64,000 nucleotides of DNA from Tubiluchus corallicola (Eukaryota; Animalia; Priapulida): positions 117,101 to 181,100 of the forward strand of contig JAQGDQ010000464.1 of assembly GCA_030141605.1 (NCBI GenBank), read 5' to 3'. The notes under the pieces are model-generated. The model was not told the DNA's origin. It did no database searches and worked only from the letters and a program-made list of their open reading frames with translations. Within the stretch, counting starts at the first letter, position 1; each line of letters starts with the position of its first letter. The position numbers and the translations under genes were made by a program. Shown here piece after piece: positions 1-13,620 of the stretch.

Positions 1-16
1 TAAAAGTTAATTTAGT

Positions 17-80
17 AATGATAATAATAAATATGATAATTTTAATAATAATAATAATGATGATGATAATAATAATAATA
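17..80. repeat. (AAT/GAT)n trinucleotide microsatellite
   Basis: Visible aat/gat runs. Confidence 0.8.
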
Positions 81-180
81 ACATATCATAGGCCAATACT
101 TGGACTGAAATTTTAGTCATGCAAAATATAAATACACGTAGATAAGCATAGTTAATATTATCTATTGTGTCTATTCTTAG

Positions 181-262
181 ACGGTGGCCATCAAGTACTG
201 TGAATGGTGAATGCTCTCCAACCACCACTGAGAAAAAATCACCGAACTCTTCCATCTCAGAG
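181..262 (+). CDS. ELL: Probable internal exon of the ELL gene (RWPSSTVNGECSPTTTEKKSPNSSISE)
   Basis: cttag acceptor and GAG|gtaatt donor; open frame; ends in phase 0, compatible with the exon at 1390. Confidence 0.5.
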
Positions 263-445
263 GTAATTTATGTCAATATACAGGACAAAATATTGTAGGT
301 GTGGTACTTGCCGTGGCAGTTAGTTTGTTTGAGTGAATGAGTTGTCTGTCATTAAGATTCTACTTACAGCAGATTTTTCTTGATTTACCCCGGTATTTAT
401 TATTTATTTGTGCCTTTTTGTTTTTTTGATAACTCGCACACGCAT

Positions 446-509
446 GTGTGTGTGAGTGTGAGTGTGAGTGTGTGTGTGTGTGTGCGTGTGCGTGTGCGTG
501 TGTGTGTGT
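446..509. repeat. (GT)n/(GTGA/GTGC) microsatellite
   Basis: Visible dinucleotide run. Confidence 0.9.
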
Positions 510-1389
510 ATGAAAGTCTGTACTACTGTAACAGAGAGGTCAGCTACTGATAAAAATGTCTCCTTGAGTCTATTAGTAAAATCTTTTCAGTTAGGAATTT
601 GTTTGAAAACAATGATTATGTAATATATGGCTGAACAATATTTTATAGTGTATAAAAGACAAGCTTGACTTGTACTACGTTATTTTAACTACATATTGGA
701 TTCACATGCAAAACGACATTCATTATTTTAGAAGATGACCAAAGTGCCATACGCATAGCATGCAGATGCGGATGTGTTTTGGGTGGTGGGGAATCGATAA
801 AATCGGTTTATATTGTTTTGAATCCACCCGTTTATGCGACCTGCGTTATGCGTTATTCTTTGTCTGCAGCTATTCCTACTGATTTTTTTCCGCAGGTGGA
901 AAACGCATCCGCATGCTGGGTAAACGTCACTTAACCTAACTTTCAGCCACTGATTTTTAATTACCTTTGAGATAAACAGGCAAAGTTCATATTTTCCCTG
1001 CACTGTATTCTTGTAGAAATATTGCCAACAGTTGATTGTAAAGTGTACAGAATGACTTGATTTAACGTAAGTTAATCTGTCTGCAAAATCAATAATCAAG
1101 CACTGAAAAAGCACATTGTTGATGCCTTGTAAGGTTGTAGTAGAAACAGATATTTTAACAGCATGCCCACTAGGTTTAACCAATTAAATTACAGCATATT
1201 TTTATATGCTTAGGTGGGGCACACCTCCTGCTATTACTTAGCTATTTTGAATAAACATCTTGCATTCTGTTTCATCACCTTCATTTCACCCACTGCATTA
1301 TGTTTAATGATTGCCATTGCCTCTGTATATATAATAATGTTAGAGTGTGTTACGATAAGGAACCTTCTCATTTTTTATGCACTTTACAG

Positions 1390-1497
1390 AAACGTTCTAT
1401 GATTACCAGTCCACAAATGTCTAAGAAGAAACGGATATCCTTGTACAATACGTCTCCATCAAGTAATCATCACGCTGCGGATTTGCCTTCTAGAAAT
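1390..1497 (+). CDS. ELL: ELL internal exon (KRSMITSPQMSKKKRISLYNTSPSS...)
   Basis: tttacag acceptor and gtatgc donor; 108 nt, phase 0-0. KKKRISL resembles the KKxRISH motif of ELL/ELL2. Confidence 0.65.
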
Positions 1498-2450
1498 GTA
1501 TGCTGTGTTGCAATAAATAAGGCTACAGTCTCACTTCTTTATACTGCCCACTTTGGGACTGCAAAAAATTTGTCATTATAATGAGGTGCATTAATACATA
1601 CATGTCTATGCAAATATAGATGTTTTGTTTTGCTAAATACTGCACGTTAAGCAAGGTTGGCATTATAAAGGTGGCGCTATAATGAAGTTTGACTGTAGAT
1701 AATTGTTCAAGCAAAAAGAGAATTACACATTTTTGCTATTACAATAATTCTAATTTGTAGTTTAATCATTTAAGAGTACGAAGTTACGTACCTGTATGGA
1801 AACCAGAAAAGTATGTAAGAGCGAAAAGCTGTACTTTTCAGTTTTATAAAAGTTTTATGGTGGCCTATAAGAAGTTGTAACACAGTTTCAAAGACTATTG
1901 AGTCAATGTTTGATAATAAAATTGAAAATAAATTTGCAGCACATACATCCTGTGGAAATCTCAAGTTTATCAAAATAAAAACATGCCGAGCTTTTGTTTA
2001 TTTTCTTATAAACATCAGATCCAGATACTAATAGGCTATAAATGCGTATGGTAATGAAAAACAAGGAATAGCAGAAATACACAAATATAGTAGCTAAATA
2101 TATTCATCAAAGATTAGTTAATACCAAGGGAAATTTTGCACTTTTCATTTAAGCAAATATCTGCAAAGAGACTGTAAGTGGACTTGATTATTTATGGGAT
2201 TTTAAATCATGAATCAGCAAAACTTTCATAGACGTTCAGATCCGCAACAGGTCGAACAAAATTTATAATGGTGTGGATACAATGCCATGTTATGTTTGAT
2301 GTTTTTGTTAAAATAAATTATATGCAAGTAAAACCTGCAAACAGTACTTTCGTGAAACTGAATTTACTAGTTTATGTCGACACGGTTATTATGTTTTTAC
2401 AGGAATTGTCCTGTTTGCTTATACGTTTTATTTACTTTTTTATGAAATAG

Positions 2451-2578
2451 ATAAAGAATGGAAAAGCTACGCCAACAAACAAACATGTTTCTCCAGACAG
2501 TCAAGGTCAGGAAAATATTCACAACGGTTTATCTGACGATCATGCTTCTGAATCTGGTTCAGTTCCACATTATAAACT
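2451..2578 (+). CDS. ELL: ELL exon (IKNGKATPTNKHVSPDSQG...SVPHYK)
   Basis: aatag acceptor and gtaagt donor; phase 2 end joins exon 3040 to give PHYKLQYTPI, like the ELL PDYLxKYxxI motif. Confidence 0.75.
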
Positions 2579-3039
2579 GTAAGTCAACTTGTGACATACA
2601 TACAGTTAGGCTTGCAACTGTATGAGTGAAACATAATGGATAAGGCAGCGTGCTTTCTGTTCATGCTGTAGAGATTGGCAAAGTTCAATGCAGTGCTTTG
2701 TCGATTCGACATGTCAACGATCATTTATTTAAAGGGCAAATTCTTTATGTGGACTATGATTTTTAGGCTATCTTCAGGTCTTCCCTAAAAAGAGCAATCC
2801 AGAGAAATAAAAATTTAGTACTGATCTGCACTTTACAAAGATGTAGTAGTTTTTAATAGTATGCCAGATTACTGAAAGGCTTAATTTCACTAAAGTATGT
2901 TTGCCACCATTTGAGTTCAGTGCTAGTCACATGCTGGACTAACACTCTCCTTACATTACGTGATGACCCGAGCCATTGGTCACTTTTTTGAAAGGTCATA
3001 TCTGTGAAATTTTTCATGTGTAAACTCTACACATTGCAG

Positions 3040-3211
3040 CCAATACACGCCTATAACTACACCGGAACAGAGAGCACAGTACAAGGCCGATTTCAACGCC
3101 GAGTATGATGAATACCGTGCGGTTCATGCTTCCCTGGACAAGGTGTCGAAAAAGTTTGCTCAGTTAGAAGACAAGCTAAAAGAAACCCGCAAAGGCAGTC
3201 CTGAATACATT
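3040..3211 (+). CDS. ELL: ELL exon, start of occludin/ELL C-terminal domain
   Basis: tgcag acceptor and gtaagt donor; QYTPITTPEQRAQYKADFNAEYDEYRAVHASLDKVSKKFAQLEDKLKETRKGSPEYI matches the occludin_ELL consensus (EQRxxYKxDFNAEYxEYR). Confidence 0.9.
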
Positions 3212-3445
3212 GTAAGTACCGTGGTAATGTACTACTGGTGTTTTAATTGTCAAGAGAGAATTGAGAGAATTGTTTACTTATAATCATTTGCGATTTTGGC
3301 TTCACTGTAAATCTGACTTCAATTATTGGAATATGACTTCAATTATTGGAATATGCGGCAATCCTGTTTTCTTTCACACTCTGTAAATGTATTCTCACAA
3401 CGAAAATATGTCACAGTTTCTGCCTCTTAATACACTAGGTAAGTA

Positions 3446-4704
3446 CAGTAGGTGCCACTTAACAGACTCACTTTGAGATAGAAGTGTTTCGACCCAATTA
3501 ACTGACTGCTTCAGTTAGCCGACTGATGTAGTCTATTACTACTCTAGAAGTATGAGTCATCACTCGTCACTTCAATATGCATCGAAAAGGCTTTAAATGT
3601 ATTTTAGAAATTAATTAATGTCTAAATTATTGGGTGCAATTAGTTAAGAATACTAATTTATATAAGTGATTTAATAAAAAAGGAAATGAAAGAGTAGCAC
3701 AAATCTGATTATTACCGCTAAAAATTACAAAAATTCATGCAAGGTCAGTTGCTTTATTTCTTCACAAAGAAACTGGTTTACGAAATTCTCATAGTGATAA
3801 AAATGTTGAAAATCTGTTGCTGTTATACTGCACATGTTCACGCGAAACACCTAGTCACCTAGTGCTTGAGCTGCAGTTGGTGATGACCTTGTTTCCCTGT
3901 GAAAAGCAGTAGGTACTTCAAAATCAAACTACTAGACAAGTGATTGAATGTTTTGCTTCCTGAAACAAAAAAGTTAACTGTAGTGGATAAGCGGGTGACA
4001 GATTCAAAGCAAAAACCGCTACACTAACATATGAATGCATATTATAAATGTACTGTACCTGCTTACAAACAAAGCTGTACCTAAAAGGACTGTTTCTGCA
4101 TATATTGTAGTAAGCAAAATCGATGTAAAGATGACACAAAAGCAGTAAAAGCTCTTTGGGCACTCACGGGTATCTTATTTTAAGTACGTGAAGGAAAAAT
4201 ATTGAGTCAATTATGCAGAGTTATTTGAGTCAGTTACTGACAGTTTTTATATACATTTGAATATGAGCGGCCAATCACTACGCCTTTTCAAATTTCCTGC
4301 AATTGATGATGATTGTGAAAAAGTCAAAGGTTAAGTGTACCAGACATTGCATTTGTGTACACTTGACAATGCCTCGCAGCCCATGCTATTGTAATAGTAA
4401 CCATTTTAACAGTTAGCTAGAATCTTACCTAGTTCATTTTCTCTTGTTCCTAAGCAAGATCTTGCTAGTAAATCACTCTATGCATAGACTAACACATAAT
4501 TAAGTAAGTCTAAGCTTAAAATGACTGAAGTTATTGCATTGTTGCAGCATATGTCTTTGCTTTATCCACACATCACGTGACATTGCTATGTTGGTATACT
4601 TAACCTTTGACCTACATAACTGTGCAGGCATGCAATAAAACTGTGAAAAGGCTTGTTAAACGACTGATTCTATTAATCGTGAGTCTAATAAACGGCATCT
4701 ACTG
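3446..4704. mobile_element. Non-autonomous Tc1/mariner-pogo(Tigger)-like DNA transposon in ELL intron
   Basis: Left end TA|CAGTAGGTGCCACTTAACAGACTCAC; right end GTGAGTCTAATAAACGGCATCTACTG|TA. These form imperfect ~26-bp TIRs flanked by TA. Confidence 0.7.
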
Positions 4705-6130
4705 TACAAGAATTCTAGGCCTGTCTTCATTATAGAAAACGTTTCTTTGACGTTACTGCTGCATTTTATTCAGTATGCATTGTGGGTTCTGAAATGTGTA
4801 AAAAATTTCGTAAAACAGTTTTGTTTGCTTGTGCCTTCCTTTATAGAAAGTTAAAAATAACACCGACAGAAACTTGTGGTTTTAATACTCAAGTGCAATT
4901 GTAGTTTTATAACTATTGTGCTGACCAAGTGAGTGTCCAGGCATCTGACCATCCTTCCAAAACAAACATTGGATAATGCACTTATTTATTCATTTAGTTA
5001 TTTACCGTGAAGCGAAATGTGTGTCTAATTAAACATGATTAAAATACCAGTGTTTTGCAAACGAAATTGACATCGCTATCTATGCTAACTATTAAGCCAG
5101 CTTTGTTCAATTTAAATTATTGACTGACTTGTGTGTCTGTTTTTGTACCTGTCAGTCTGTTCTCCATGTAATTCTGTAGGTTTGTATTTTCGTTCAGCAA
5201 ATTAGGCGTATACAAATTGTATTATCAACGTTGTAAAGGTAGTCTGTATTAGTATTGTGTGCCACTCAGCTTTGTTTCATTTTAAATGTGTGCTTGCAAA
5301 CGAAAACCACTCGTAAGCCTGCATAGTTTATTTGAAACTACGTTACGATGCTTCAAAGTAGAATGCGCCAGAAATTGGGTCATATGTAATTTTTTTGGTT
5401 TTTTACAAAATCGAAACGCTAAATATATTAGACTTATATTTTAGCATCAATTCATTAGAAAATGTTCAAAAAAGCTAAAAATTTAATTTTATAACACCTT
5501 ACTCTTTTCTCTGGCTAAAATCTGGTATTGCAAAGGTGAAAAACTCAATTTGCTTCAGGGGTTTTTTCTGTTGCCTAGCCCAGATCTTCGTCAGGGAGAG
5601 CCATCTAAATATTTAAATATAACTTCAGCGTGTTCTTGCAAAGTCCGCAGCAACCAACATTTGTGCGTTTGCTAAGTATTTTGTAGAAACGCGACAGAAA
5701 ACAATGGCAAACTTTAACAGCGAGTTTCTCAAGATTATGTTTTTCAGTATGTAACCTGCATATTAACTTCAACACGGATTATCTCAGCTTAGAAATAACA
5801 CAGAATGACGAACTTGGTACCAAAATGATCCTAGTGAACTGGAGATTCAGGATATCTGAATAACTAGAGAAGCTTAATTGCCGACTTATGGATAATTTTG
5901 TTATGCAAGAACACAAATTAATGCTGTGTGCGTTTGTGCAACATTATCAGTCAACCTTTTATTTATGTAACTCTATATCTATGACATGTCTTAATATATT
6001 CAAATTTTATTTACATGTAGAACAACTCCTTGCAAATACAGGGACACCTTCTTGTATATGTTTGTTTTTTTAAGTAAAGAACAATAATGATGATGATAAT
6101 AATAATAATAGTTGTTTACTAATTTTACAG

Positions 6131-6286
6131 AAAACTCAAAAGGAGATTCTAAGTGAGTACAAGGCAAATAAAAATGACTGGTATTTAGAACGCAAGAAAC
6201 GCTGGCAGTACTTGCATCACAAGCTAGCTTACATCAAACAACTGGTTATAGAATATGACCGTAACCAAATGGCTGTGGATTTATAG
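6131..6286 (+). CDS. ELL: ELL terminal coding exon
   Basis: tttacag acceptor; KTQKEILSEYKANKNDWYLERKKRWQYLHHKLAYIKQLVIEYDRNQMAVDL* has the YLHxKLxxIKxLxxEYD occludin_ELL signature. Confidence 0.9.
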   Translation, partial: KTQKEILSEYKANKNDWYLERKKRWQYLHHKLAYIKQLVIEYDRNQMAVDL

Positions 6287-7457
6287 CACTAGGAGAAACG
6301 CGGCATCCCGAACAAACGCCATGAAACCGTCCCAGCTGTTGAGAAGCCATGTTGAAACAAGGTTGAAGAGAGAGTTGTTTTTAGTGTAAAATAAAGAAAA
6401 ATAGCCTTTTCTTAAGGCTTACCGTACATGTCTTGCCTGGCTTTCAAAATATTATTGTGTGCCATTTTAAGTTGAGTCATAATGGTTACACCTGCCTTGA
6501 ATTCTGACTTGTTTTATGGTGCTTGTTCTAATGCTGTGGTAATTAGACCTCGGACATTTACCTTGGCCCACTCATTGGTCTTTCCCGCTGTGTGTTTGCT
6601 CACGCCATGCGTACAGCAAAATGTTGCATTTGAGAAATGAGAAGTATGGGAAACCTACATTGAGTGGTGTAGATAACCGAAGGGAGTGAATTGACCGTAT
6701 TGCCCATTTGCAAATCTATTCTTGTTTTTTGTTTCCATGCAAATCAGTACAGTGATTTGATTTAATATTGAAACATGATTTTCTGATAATTTGTATATAC
6801 TTTGCGTTCTGCTAGATGTTTCCATTCCACATTGCAGAGGCGTATTTTTCAAAATAATTATTTTAAACTTGACCTTCCCTTGTTGGTGCACTTTTTTTGT
6901 TCGTTTTGAGCAACATGTTTTAGAAGCATTACATTTCCAAAAATCTTGAAGATACTATTATGTCTTACCTATTTTTCTGGGATAAGGTGCAACTTCTGTT
7001 GTACCTGCTCAAATTTTCTTGTATGTGAAAAAATATTCATATGGCATTGAATCAGAGGACAATTTAAATGTTTCACTTGCATATTTCTCATTTTTTGAAA
7101 AATCAAACTGATCCCGGCAAACTCGAATCGAGTAATTCGAGTTGGTTTATCACTTCATGATAAACTGTGATGTGTAAGATTTTCCACGGGGTGTGCATTT
7201 CGGACAATACAGTCATTCCACTCTCTTGGTTGAATATATTTCTTTATGCAAACTATTTTATTAGTTACTCTTGGTTGTAGGACGCAATATTTATTGCCAC
7301 ATTGCAGTTGGTTATTATGTAAATTTAGTTTATGCACTTTTCTAATCAAAATACTGACACAACCTGGTTGGTAGAATAGTGAGTGTATGCGTAATTGTGA
7401 GTGTTACATGCGTGTCATGCAGATGCGCAATTTATATTCCACTTACTATAAGCTCCA

Positions 7458-7900
7458 GCAAGGGAGTCCGCTGCAACTTTTCCCGGGGGGGGGGGGCAAA
7501 GGGATATGCTCCTACTATCACAATAATTGCTTGAATTATCGCGTCCCGTACGATGAACAGGCTGCGGAGAAATTGTGCAGTACTTCCAGAACGCTCCTTT
7601 CAAGTGTAAAGAATAAGTGAGCCATGGTGAATATTTGGTTGACCACACGTGACGAAACTGCATCTTTTGCATCCCTTTGCATCTTTTTTCAAATCGTGAT
7701 TTGCTACAGGTGTGTAACACTCCACAAGAAGGCTGTGCTTTATGTCACCTGTTAATTTTTAAGCAGAGAATGGAAATTTCCGACACTCCTTCGGGAATTA
7801 ATTATAACGTTGCAGCTTTCAAATCTCTTCGCCCTGAGTTAGAAGGCGTTATCCAGGGGGTGGTAAATGACCTGTTTGCACCGCGCAGCGGACACCCACG
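7458..7900. mobile_element. Possible short non-autonomous TIR element
   Basis: Starts AAGGGAGTCCGC...TTTTCCCGGGGGGG and ends ...GCGGACACCC, an imperfect inverted terminus; locally higher GC. Confidence 0.35.
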
Positions 7901-8135
7901 GGCTCCAGGTCTCTCTTGCCAAAACATACGCAATGTTGGATAGGCCAGTGATTTAATTGTTAGGTCAACTATTGATTGTATGTTTCTTTGCTGCAAAATG
8001 TACATCTGTTTATGTATCGGATCAAATCTATCCCTCTTCCAATGCCTGAAATTGTTATGATCTAGTCACTGTAGGTATTGTCATTTTATGGAATTATCTG
8101 ATTTTTACTTGAGTCTTTTCGGACAAGTGATTTCT

Positions 8136-9062
8136 GTGATAGCCACTCAACTCGTTTCACTTATGCTCGCTCTGCTTCCACATTCTTGTGGGATAGCCAC
8201 TCATCTCATTTCATTTATGCTCGCTCTGCTTCCACAGTCTTGTGGGATAGCCACTCAACTCATTTCACTTATGCTTGCTCTGCTTCCACAGTCTTGTGGG
8301 ATAGCCACTCAACTCATTTCATTTATGCTCGCTCTGCTTCCACAGTCTTGTGGGATAGCCACTCAACTCATTTCATTTATGCTCGCTCTGCTTCCACAAT
8401 CTTGTGGGATAGCCACTCAACTCGTTTCACTTATGCTTGCTCTGCTTCCACAGTCTTGTGGGATAGCCACTGAACTCATTTCATTTATGCTCGCTCTGCT
8501 TCCGCAGTCTTGTGGGATAGCCACTGAACTCATTTCATTTATGCTCGCTCTGCTTCCGCAGTCTTGTGGGATAGCCACTCAACTCATTTCATTTATGCTC
8601 GCTCTGCTTCCACAGTCTTGTGGGATAGCCACTCAACTCATTTCATTTATGCTCGCTCTGCTTCCACAGTCTTGTGGGATAGCCACTCAACTCATTTCAT
8701 TTATGCTTGCTCTGCTTCCACAGTCTTGTGGGATAGCCACTGAACTCATTTCATTTATGCTCGCTCTGCTTCCGCAGTCTTGTGGGATAGCCACTCAACT
8801 CGTTTCACTTATGCTTGCTCTGCTTCCGCAGTCTTGTGGGATAGCCACTCAACTCGTTTCACTTATGCTTGCTCTGCTTCTACGTTCTTGTGGGATAGCC
8901 ACTCAACTCATTTCATTTATGCTCGCTCTGCTTCCACAGTCTTGTGGGATAGCCACTCAACTCGTTTCACTTATGCTCGCTCTGCTTCTACGTTCTTGTG
9001 GGATAGCCACTGAACTCATTTCATTTATGTTTGCTCTGCTGCCACGTTCTTGTGGGATAGCC
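8136..9062. repeat. 51-bp minisatellite, ~18 copies
   Basis: Unit tgtgggatagccactcaactcatttcatttatgctcgctctgcttccacagtct; GATAGCC recurs from 8138 to 9056 at 51-bp spacing. Confidence 0.95.
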
Positions 9063-12000
9063 TTTAGTCACTCGCATCTCATTATTTGAATTGCAATTTT
9101 TTTTCAATATCGAAACACAGTTTCTTTATTGTATATTTTCATGAATCCTAAACATACTGTAGCACTCATTAGTTGCTTTTAACACTGCATGCAGACTAGT
9201 TACTTTTGTAGAATTGTTACTCCTCACTCCTGGCACATTAACAAGTAACTTAGTTAGCTTGTTTTGCTAAATTAGTTTACCAAAATTTGTTGTTACAGTA
9301 CTTATGTTGCAAATATGTTGTAAAAAATAGCGTGAAACTTGTATGGATGGATTTGTATTTTGTTTGCAAACTCGAATAAGCAAGAAAAATTATGAACAAC
9401 TGTTAAATGATTTCGAGTGCTAACTATGGGCCTGTTTAATTTCACAAAAATGGATATATTACTGAGCATGTGTGGTAGCTAGTGTGCACTGGCATTAAGG
9501 AATTTGATAATATCTTATAGAAGTAGAATTTTTCTAATTTTGCAACCTTTTTTTGAAGTTAAAAATTGAAGAACTGCAATACAGGGATTTTTTGTTTGTA
9601 CTGTAGTTCCCTGATGATTGCAGCTGGTGCTAATTGTTTTAAAGAATGAACCGCTGCTGATAAGTTATAGTCACTTTTGCAGTTGGTTGGTTCAGGCTTG
9701 TACTTTTTGCAAATTCCTGTAATGTAATCTACTGTATTTGCTGACATTCTCCCTATGTGCATGTATAGTCGACATTTTGGGCTAAAATAAACACTTATGT
9801 AACAAGAGTGGCATACAGCATATGCCTGCAATTCTGGACATTTACTGAGATCAACATTACCATTGTAAATCTCATTTTGCAAAGAAAGCTGTCAGTGTGC
9901 TTTTGTGATAATCATTCGAGCCCAGTCTGTGATCATAGTAAATACTAGTAATAGAGTTTTAATCTTAGACTTACCTATTTTTGTACGTTGTGAGAGATGC
10001 ATTCACTACTGACTTGGTTTCTGTAAAATTAGTGTTCATTCATTAGACAATATTCTAACACGTTTAGTTGCATGCTATAATGTCTGTATTATATTTGTGC
10101 CTTATGCAGTGCCATTATGGAATACTAATTCTTCTACAGATTTTTCTTTTAAAAGTCTGGAACAAGGTAATTTACTTGGAATTTACCTGCCACATAAGTT
10201 TTTTATTTTAAAACGAAAAATCAATACAGTTTACAACAAATTGTCATTCACAGTTAACAGAAGCTATGTAAAGAGCTAATGCAATATCTAAAAGAAAGGT
10301 GTGACTGTCACCTGGCTTTTACCTGTTACATAGTTCAAATTCTCAAAGTTAGTTGTCAATTTTTCCTGTTTACAATTAAATTAATAAATACTGATGAAGA
10401 ACGTTCTCTTTTGGTTCCGAATAAATTTGAGGAAAACTGACACAAGGAAAAGCCCGTTTACAGTCTCTGAACTTTTCTCAGAATTAGTTTGCTTACCAGG
10501 ATGTTCACCATTGTGGGCATAGAATTTATTTAGTAAAATTGAGTAAAATTTTGTAAAATCATTTGAGGCCGTTATGGAAATATGCTCTTATTTAAATAGC
10601 AGGAAAGCACCCCCTTATTTATAAACAGACTTTCACTAACAAGCCTGGTATTGGTTGTATAAAGTTACTCTAGGTAGAAAATACCATGCTGTGTTTTACA
10701 TGTAATTGCAACTACATTGGATAGCCAGCAGTGTTACCACATATAACTTGGAGGCAATGTTTTTAGAATTACTTCAGTACTTTTATTTAGATACAATTGT
10801 ATTATCATTCTAACTGTCACCAAGAAACGTCACGTGTCATTTTATTACACTTAGAAAATCAATTAGTTTTGACCTAAAACCTGTATTATCAATACCTTCT
10901 TTATTGATAATGCAAAATATCTTGTAGTAGCCATTATCATAACAGATGTGCGTATTTAGAAAACAATTTGTGAACTAGTATTTCCGCATTTTTTCTATAT
11001 TAATGATGACAAAGTTAGCCTCTGATTACAGGGTAGTTAAATTATGACAATTGCCCCTGGATTACGATTTGTGATAAAATTTGTTTACATTTATATTGAT
11101 GTTACACACGCGAAGTTTATAGGTATATAATGCAACGAAGGTACATTAATACTAAATCATTAATATTGTTTATAAAATCTTAATTGATAATTAATTGGTG
11201 AGTGAAATCGTGCAATTAAGTTGCGGACATTGTGTTTTTCATTCATAATTAACTCAGTAATTAATTTTGACCTATTACGCTTATTTTGTTTTAAAGTGTG
11301 CCTGAGTTATGTTAGATTGCAATAAGAAAAAACCACACAAACAAATTTATGAATAAAGCAATATCAAAGTGCATTTAGTTACTTCTGCTGTTTTATTTCA
11401 TTTTAACTTTTCATATGCAGTTTTTTTCGTTGTTTACTATGAATTTCTCGTTGTAGGATGAGGAAACTAATCATTGTTTATTAAAGAAAACATAATTACG
11501 TACATAAATATATTACTTACAACTGCGTAAAGTTACTGACAATTATTTATCAAGGGAACAATTAATATGTGAACAATTAATGCGAAACTGCTTGCAGCTG
11601 AGCTGACTGATACATCCAAAAACCCATCTTCCTCATTGCTCGCTGTTAACTGATTTTGTGATATATTTGTAAAAGCAGTATGATTAAAAATTTAATTTAG
11701 TCTTAGTACAAGACTTAGTAGATTATTTGATTTGCTTCTGCAATACAATGTGTGTGTGCGCGCGCGCTCGCGTGCAAGTGCGTGTGTGTAAATAATTATA
11801 TGTCTATAATAATACTTTGTTAGCCACAAAATGGATTACAATAAAATCACAATCCTCAGTGTTAAGCATAATTAAGAATTATTAAAATCTGCTAAAGGCA
11901 AACTATAAACTACTGTGCATAAAAGTAAAACTAGAAAGAACTAGAAATGCACATTTACTTGCGTAGATACAATAGGTGCATGATACAATGTATAGGAGCA

Positions 12001-12199
12001 ATGTAAGTAAAGTACATAATAAACGTAAGACAAAGTTTACATTAATTTATTACAATATACTTATAATACGTGATACAATACATGGGCATAATATAACAAG
12101 TAAAATACATAATAACAAAGACAAAATTTACATAATAAACACATTACATTCAACAATAATACACAACAGAAATTACGTCTAGATTACCGTTTTAATTTA

Positions 12200-13620
12200 C
12201 GAATGAATTTTGAATTTATAATTAAGGAAACATTTCTTAGTTATTGGGGACGTCAACATACAAAATTTATTAAATAAGTTAACATCATTTACATGAGTTG
12301 GTTTTTGAAATCTACTTAGTTGGTATTTTTTTAGTTTTTTCTTGAATATAGTCAGTGATTTTGACTATTTAATGGCAGATGGGAGCAGATTTATTAGCAT
12401 TTGCCTACCGAATTACCAAATTTATTGTTTGTTTGAATTTGCTTTAGGTTATGAGTACGACTATTCTGATTAGTAGCTGACAAGAAAGGGAGTTTGTTAT
12501 TTTTGAAGGGAATTTTGAGACTATTGATATGCCTAAGAATGCCAAAGTAAGATAATCTCGTTGAGATTCTGGGGATTTTCATTAAAGTTGTTAACTCTAT
12601 TTTTGTGGGCGCTTTATAAGAGTAGCCAGAAATCAGTGTTAGTGCGTAGTTTTGCAGTGTGTTTAATTTTGAAAAATATTCTGTTGACGTTTTGTAGTAG
12701 CATGCAACCACATAAAAAGTGCAGCATTACTAATGTTTAATAAATAAGAATTTTTGTGTTTTGTCAATTGTCGTCTAACTTGGCGTGGATAAGATATACT
12801 GGCTGCCATCTTTTTATTGATTTGATTAAAATGTTCATGCTAATTTAATTTATTATCTGCTGTTATGCCTAAGAATTTGACAGTGTCTACTTGTTCTATA
12901 ATATTTTTACCTACTTTTAACGAAATATCTGTTAATGGATTAGTAAAGAGTGAGAAAACCATGAATTCAGTTTTTGCACTATTCATTTTGCACTAAACAT
13001 TCAGAAGTGATGTTTTCTATATCTTGTTGTAGTTTATGTTTAGCTGTTATTGAATTTTTGTGTGCTGCATAGATAGTTGTATCGTCTGCATATTGTGTTA
13101 TACCAGAATTCTGCAAAACAGTGCAATTTTATTCACATAAAGGCAGAACAACAGAGGTCCTAGTACTGTTTCTTGTGGTATGCCTCTTATTAGTGTATTC
13201 TACGTTGAATATAGTTTTATTTAGTTTTACCCTTTGTTTTCTGTATTGAAAATATTTTTGTATTAGCTTGAGAGACGTGTATCAAAGCCTAAGTGACGCA
13301 AGTTTCTGATTATTAGGTCGTGATTAACAGAATCAAATACTTTTCTAAGATCTAAAAAAGTAGCCATGACATACTCATTATTGTCTCAGTTCTATCGCCA
13401 ATTTTCCGAGGCGTTAATAGTTGCGTCTATATAGTAGAATGTTTTCTGAAGCCTAACTGACTATTTGCAAGAAGTTTATTGTATTCAACATAATTATTTA
13501 TTTGTTTGCACATTATTCTTTCAAAAACTTTGCATAGTCCATGTATTACTGAAACAGGTCTGCAGTTTTTTGGGTTGTATTTCTTATCATTTTTACATGT
13601 ACTAAAATTCGTATGCAAGG
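12200..13620 (-). mobile_element. Decayed non-LTR retrotransposon (CR1/L2-like LINE) RT fragment
   Basis: Minus-strand peptides NCRPVSVIHGLCKVFER..SQLGFRK, GIPQETVLGPLLF and TQYADDTT (~13080); interrupted by stops and frameshifts. Confidence 0.85.

Noticed and set aside
1775-2290. Additional small ELL exons near 1775-1810 and 2232-2288
   Set aside because: Splice-like signals are present, but phases and boundaries could not be resolved confidently.
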